Below are positions 59,501 through 64,000 of a stretch of 64,000 nucleotides of DNA, in pieces. This DNA is from the human T2T-CHM13v2.0 reference genome, Homo sapiens. Position numbers and translations under genes: made by a program. The stretch's first letter is position 1, and the number at the start of each line of letters is the position of its first letter. The stretch is taken from NCBI RefSeq assembly GCF_009914755.1, contig NC_060925.1, one strand, 5' to 3'. The notes under the pieces are model-generated. The model was not told the origin of the DNA and searched no databases. It saw nothing but the letters and a program-made list of their open reading frames with translations.

Positions 59501-62500
59501 AAAAACTTGGATCTAATAAAGAAAGGAAAAACATTCGAGAAAAAATGAACAAAATTAAAATATTTTATTTTTAAATGTTTTAATTGATATAACAGATAAG
59601 TTTCTCTAAATAGTAATAGTAACAATGTGTTCAGTGATTACAGCCTATGAATAAGTAAAATTAATAATAATAATGCTGTAAGGGACAGAAGGGAGGAACT
59701 GGGAATAGTATTAGTCACTTGAACTATTGGAAAAAGGACTTGGATTCATGGTAAATGTATACTGCAAATTCAAGGATAACTATAAAAAAAGTTAAAAAAT
59801 ATAGTTGATTTACTAAAAAGGAGAAAAAATATAAAATACTCAAAACCAGAGGAGGCATAAAACAAAAGACAAAAAACAAAGCAAAACAAATAACAACAAC
59901 AAAAATATCCAAGGCTATGATAGAAAACAGTTACAAATAATATGTATGGTAGATATTAATTCAACTACATTAATAATCACTTTAATTGGTATATTTAGAC
60001 CATTAATGTTAATAGTCTAAATGTTAATTGTCTAAATATACCAATTAAAAGACAATGACTATTGAATGGAAGAAAAAAAACAAGACCCAACTGTATGTTG
60101 TCTGTAAGAAACTCACTTTAAATACAAAGACACAGATAGAATAAAAGTAAAGGGATGGAGAAAGATATACTATACTAACATGAATCAAAAGTGTTGTCTG
60201 GAGATGAGAGCAACCATCTTGTGGTCATAAGGATGAAAGCCACTCACTAAAGTTGGTAGATTAGAGAGCCACAAGGAGCCTGGGTCCTAGATGATGTCCT
60301 TAGGAGCTGCACTGGCTCTGGACTTTATGCCTCCAGCTTTCTTGTTATGTGATAAAAGTAAACCTCTACTTAAGTAAACCATGATATTATATCAGAAGAC
60401 CATAAGCAATCTCTAACTGATATTAAAAGAAACAAACTTTTATCAACAATTCTTTATTACAAGCTTCACATATATTATTTTTCTATTTCTCCTAACAACA
60501 TATTTAATGTGAAAAAACTGATACTCAGAAATTAAGTATCCAGAGTAGGTGTGCACAGCTATTATACAGAGGAGCTTGGTTATGAAGCCTGGTCTTTGAC
60601 ACCTCATGTAATCATCACCATTATTAGTGTTGTTACAGGGTTAGCATTATTTTTTTGTTTCATTACTGTGTTTGCACTAGAAGTGTTTCACCAAGATAAG
60701 AAGAATTCTTAACATAAATTTCAGTGACCATGAATAGTTGTTTTTACTTGTGATAGATATTTTTTAAAATATGAGAGAACATACACTTTTTTTTTAACCC
60801 AAAAGCTGGAGTCAGAATAAGCCTACGTGGATTGAATTGACCTTCACACATAGTTTTCTGTACAGAACTCCAGTTGAAATCAAATTACAAAGAAAAAAAA
60901 ATCTCTGGCTTTTAAATTTTTTAAGTTTATTTTCTCTGTAAAACTGGTTACCAAGATGTCAAGATGCTAAGCACAAGAAATGTACAATTGGGAAAGAGTT
61001 GGAGAGATTAGATTAGAAGGGAAGAATGTGCATTTGCTCAAGGAGAAACATATCTTGAAGGCTAATAAAGAAGAAAGATATTACAGGCTATATTTATGTA
61101 TTTGTTTTTGTCAGGGATGGATGAGACCAAATGATTTTGTGCTATGAAGATATCTTGTACAAGTTTCTGGCAAGTAATATGCTCAGGATCCTGCTTTTTT
61201 GCCAACCACCTTTGTCTTAAACTTTAAAAATTATGTCTATTTTGAGGGATATATCATCCCTCTGTTTCTGATTTATTTCCACCTTACTCATCAACTTACT
61301 ATTTTATTTGTGACTGAATCTCCAAAATAGAAGGCTTCATGAACAGCTAAAATCAGTTTTCCTTTACTTGTCATAAGGAAAAACACAGAAAATCAGCGTT
61401 TCAAAGCCCTAAAAAAAATTGTTATTTTTATCTATGGGTGTTGTTTCAATTAAACACATATAAAGTTCATACCCATAGCCAATAACTTAAACTGGAGTCA
61501 TTCTTCTGGTAAATTCTTCTTGATGGATGACTGCAAGACATTTTCTTGGCAGAGTCAAGGAACTTAATTTTTATACTCTGGAAACTGTCAGATTGCTTCA
61601 ATTCAACAAGTGCTTTACTGAGTACTGATAAGGGGATGAGCCGTTTTGGGAATAAGAAAATTATATTAGTCACATTCCCAACCCTGAAAGAGAGTCAAGG
61701 TCCATTGGATAAGTCAGACACAGATGACAGATAGGAGAATAAAAAAGGTGTTACAGGCCTGGCAATGAACTATAGAGGTCTTTTGGATTTATCAGTGAGG
61801 AGAAATCAATTAGGGTTGAAGTCTGTGTGAAATGTATTTGGTTTAGGTGTTAAGAGACTATTAAAATGTATATATGTATAATAAGATCAGAATTGGGGCA
61901 AGTGCAAAGAGGATTTTATGGTTACAACATCAGTATGATGCAGGAATATCATAGATACTTAGGCAAGAGGTTCCTGTATAAGGCTGGTTTGTGGACGATT
62001 TGTGCTGGAGTAGTACAGTTTTATTCTCTCTCTATTTTTGTCTCTCAAACATAACTTTATCTGGGATTGACAGCTGCTTTCTATCAAGTGCCCTGGTTAA
62101 ATCATATATATCTCTCTCTTTTGATTTGGTCACCTTGAGTTCCTTTGTGGATGTAGCTAAATGAGCAACCTCTTCAGCATGTCTTGACTGAGAATCTTGT
62201 TGGAAATCTGACCTTTGGAATTGCTGCTTGATTGTTACAAAAATGGATTAAATTTTTCTGAAATAGAAAAGTTTTATAGAAGATCACAAATTTATCTAGT
62301 TTTCCAATTTCATTTAACATTAACTGTTATGAAAATAATTGAGAAATAAATTGACCCCTTAAGGTACTATTTTGGAAGGATGCAGAGATTTAGAAACTAT
62401 ATGTGATCTTAAAGTTCTCCAGGATCTGAGTAATACAATACAGGTATTAATTTTCATGCAAATTGAGACGTCTGAAGTCAAATTTCTTTTACCTTCTTCT

Positions 62501-63859
62501 TATACAGCGTATCACCTGCCAGTTCCCTGTGTCTGCAAAGTAGTAATAGTTAGAGGAGGATAGGTTAGAATGAGGGGTAGTTTTCATTATTTATATGACT
62601 CCCAGTTGTTTAGCTAGAGGTAGCTAAAAAAATGCTTTAGCTGTAGAAATAATGTCAGGTGGACTGCATCATAGTTTCAAATCTCCCCGCAGTTCTGGGA
62701 ACCCATAAATAATGAAAGCTGGACAATTCAGGAGACTGGCCAAGAACATAAAAGAAGACATGATTTTCCCATTTTAAAAATGATGGCACAGCATATGCAT
62801 TCCTAAAATCCTATTGCTTTAGGAATGCAGGTCTAGCAAGTACATATTTCAGGCCGCACACAATACCCCAAACCAAAAAAACTACATGCCTTATTTTTCA
62901 TAACAATTTTTATTGTAAACCCTCATTCTGCCTGCTGGTGAAGATTAAATCTTAGTCAATTTAGTCATTTCAGGTGTACCTGCCCTCCTATACATTTTTC
63001 CCATATGTATCTAAGTTCCAGAGGGCTTAAGGGGGTGCTGAGAGGGGGACTTCTCATCCTCAGTTATAGTCATCTATCTACTGTGATATTAGCTGACATG
63101 TATTTTCCCTACTTGCAGCAATTGGTCCACATGTGTCACTATTATATTATCCTGTTAGTCACATAGCACTGTACCCCACTTGGTATATAAAAAAACCTTT
63201 GGCTCTGCTCCTGGACACCAATGGTGAAGGGGAAACTCTCTCCATCTACACAAGCCTCACAACCATTCTATCTACTATTCTCCTAATGTGTTGTGGAAGG
63301 AGGACATAGCTCTCCAGTTCCTCTCTGTTTTATGTGAAAGCAGAGAACACAGATACTTTCTCCTCTCAGACTCCAAACATCTATCCAGGGTTTCTCTATG
63401 TCCCACCTCTTTCTTTGGGAACCAGCATAGAGCCTTCTTATTTTCACTGTCTCTTCTCTTCTTCCTCCCTCTGCCCCACATCCCTACTGTCAAAGGGAGT
63501 CTTTATCTAGTCTGGAGGTGATGCAATTTGGTTTTTCCTTTATTCTTTCCAATCTATCATTTTAATAACCCATTTTATGTTTTTTGAGGGCTTAGATTTT
63601 GGAACCCAAGAAACTCGAATATTTAAAAGTCAAATGCCATGGGTTTCACACTTCAAAAGTCATGTTTCTGTCTTTCAGCTGATTTATCACCTTCCCTGAC
63701 ACAAGGCATCATTATACTCATGCTGTCTTAGCAAGACTCACAGGGTAATAGAGTTAATATATCAAAACATATCTAGTTATACTTGTATTTTTAGCAATAC
63801 CTTATGAAAATGGACAAAGAATATTTATTTTTATTCTTACCCATCTTGTTTTCAAGAAC

Positions 63860-64000
63860 TGTGAAGAAGCTGAGGTTTTACCCTTTCTATAACTAACAAG
63901 TTAGCCTGCCACAGTCTCAAGGATGATAGCAGAAGACATGAAACTACTGGGCTAGAGAAAAAGAACAATTTATAACTCTCAGCAATATCAGTAGTTAGAA
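63860..64000. mobile_element. ERV LTR terminus (family not assigned), runs off window end
   Basis: ggttttaccct...ctaacaagttagcctgccacagt...gcagaagacatga resembles an ERVL-class LTR end as I recall it. Confidence 0.5.

Larger units (their letters stand above)
56569..60192 (+). mobile_element. L1MC-type element: 5'UTR, ORF1 and start of ORF2, 3'-truncated, TSD-flanked
   Basis: ORF1-like tttgatgggctcatcaatagactg and agaattctgtatccagtaaaattatccttcaaa; ORF2 start caagacccaactgtatgttgtct; TSD gttgtctggag at 56558-56568 and 60193-60203. Confidence 0.8.
54270..60420 (+). mobile_element. Ancient MLT1-type MaLR remnant (LTR ~54270-54785, internal region, second LTR ~56280-56568 resuming 60193-60420)
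   Basis: Both LTR-like segments show MLT1 motifs (ataaggacaaaagtcacatgctaa / ataaggatgaaagccactcactaa; gtgacctagttctggccaa); MaLR-internal-like start taacagatcctaaaatgt. Confidence 0.55.

Noticed and set aside
62796-62829. 12-bp inverted repeat tgcattcctaaa/tttaggaatgca
   Set aside because: Short enough to be near chance; not counted among the fold-back set

Overview
Primate (human-like) AT-rich, repeat-dense non-genic or intronic DNA. The only recognisable protein-derived locus is a full-length processed pseudogene of CHORDC1 (morgana/CHP-1; ~38611-40685, +). It has two frameshifts and two nonsense codons and sits behind a lone Alu left monomer inside a MER58B-like element. The rest is about 25 Alu/FLAM copies, L1/L2/MIR fragments, MaLR/ERV LTRs, an ERVL pol relic and Tigger/hAT DNA-transposon fossils, often nested. 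Most supplied ORFs are repeat-derived noise. I found no evidence of a novel multi-gene system. The most noteworthy signals are mutational and retrotranspositional: two sequential insertions at one target site, five short fold-back inverted repeats, a templated insertion, a TSD-flanked 3'-truncated L1, a probable L1 3' transduction, and a tandem duplication dated by an Alu. There are also two CTCF-like motifs and a few candidate exons. Repeat subfamily names come from my memory of consensus sequences, and boundaries are approximate.
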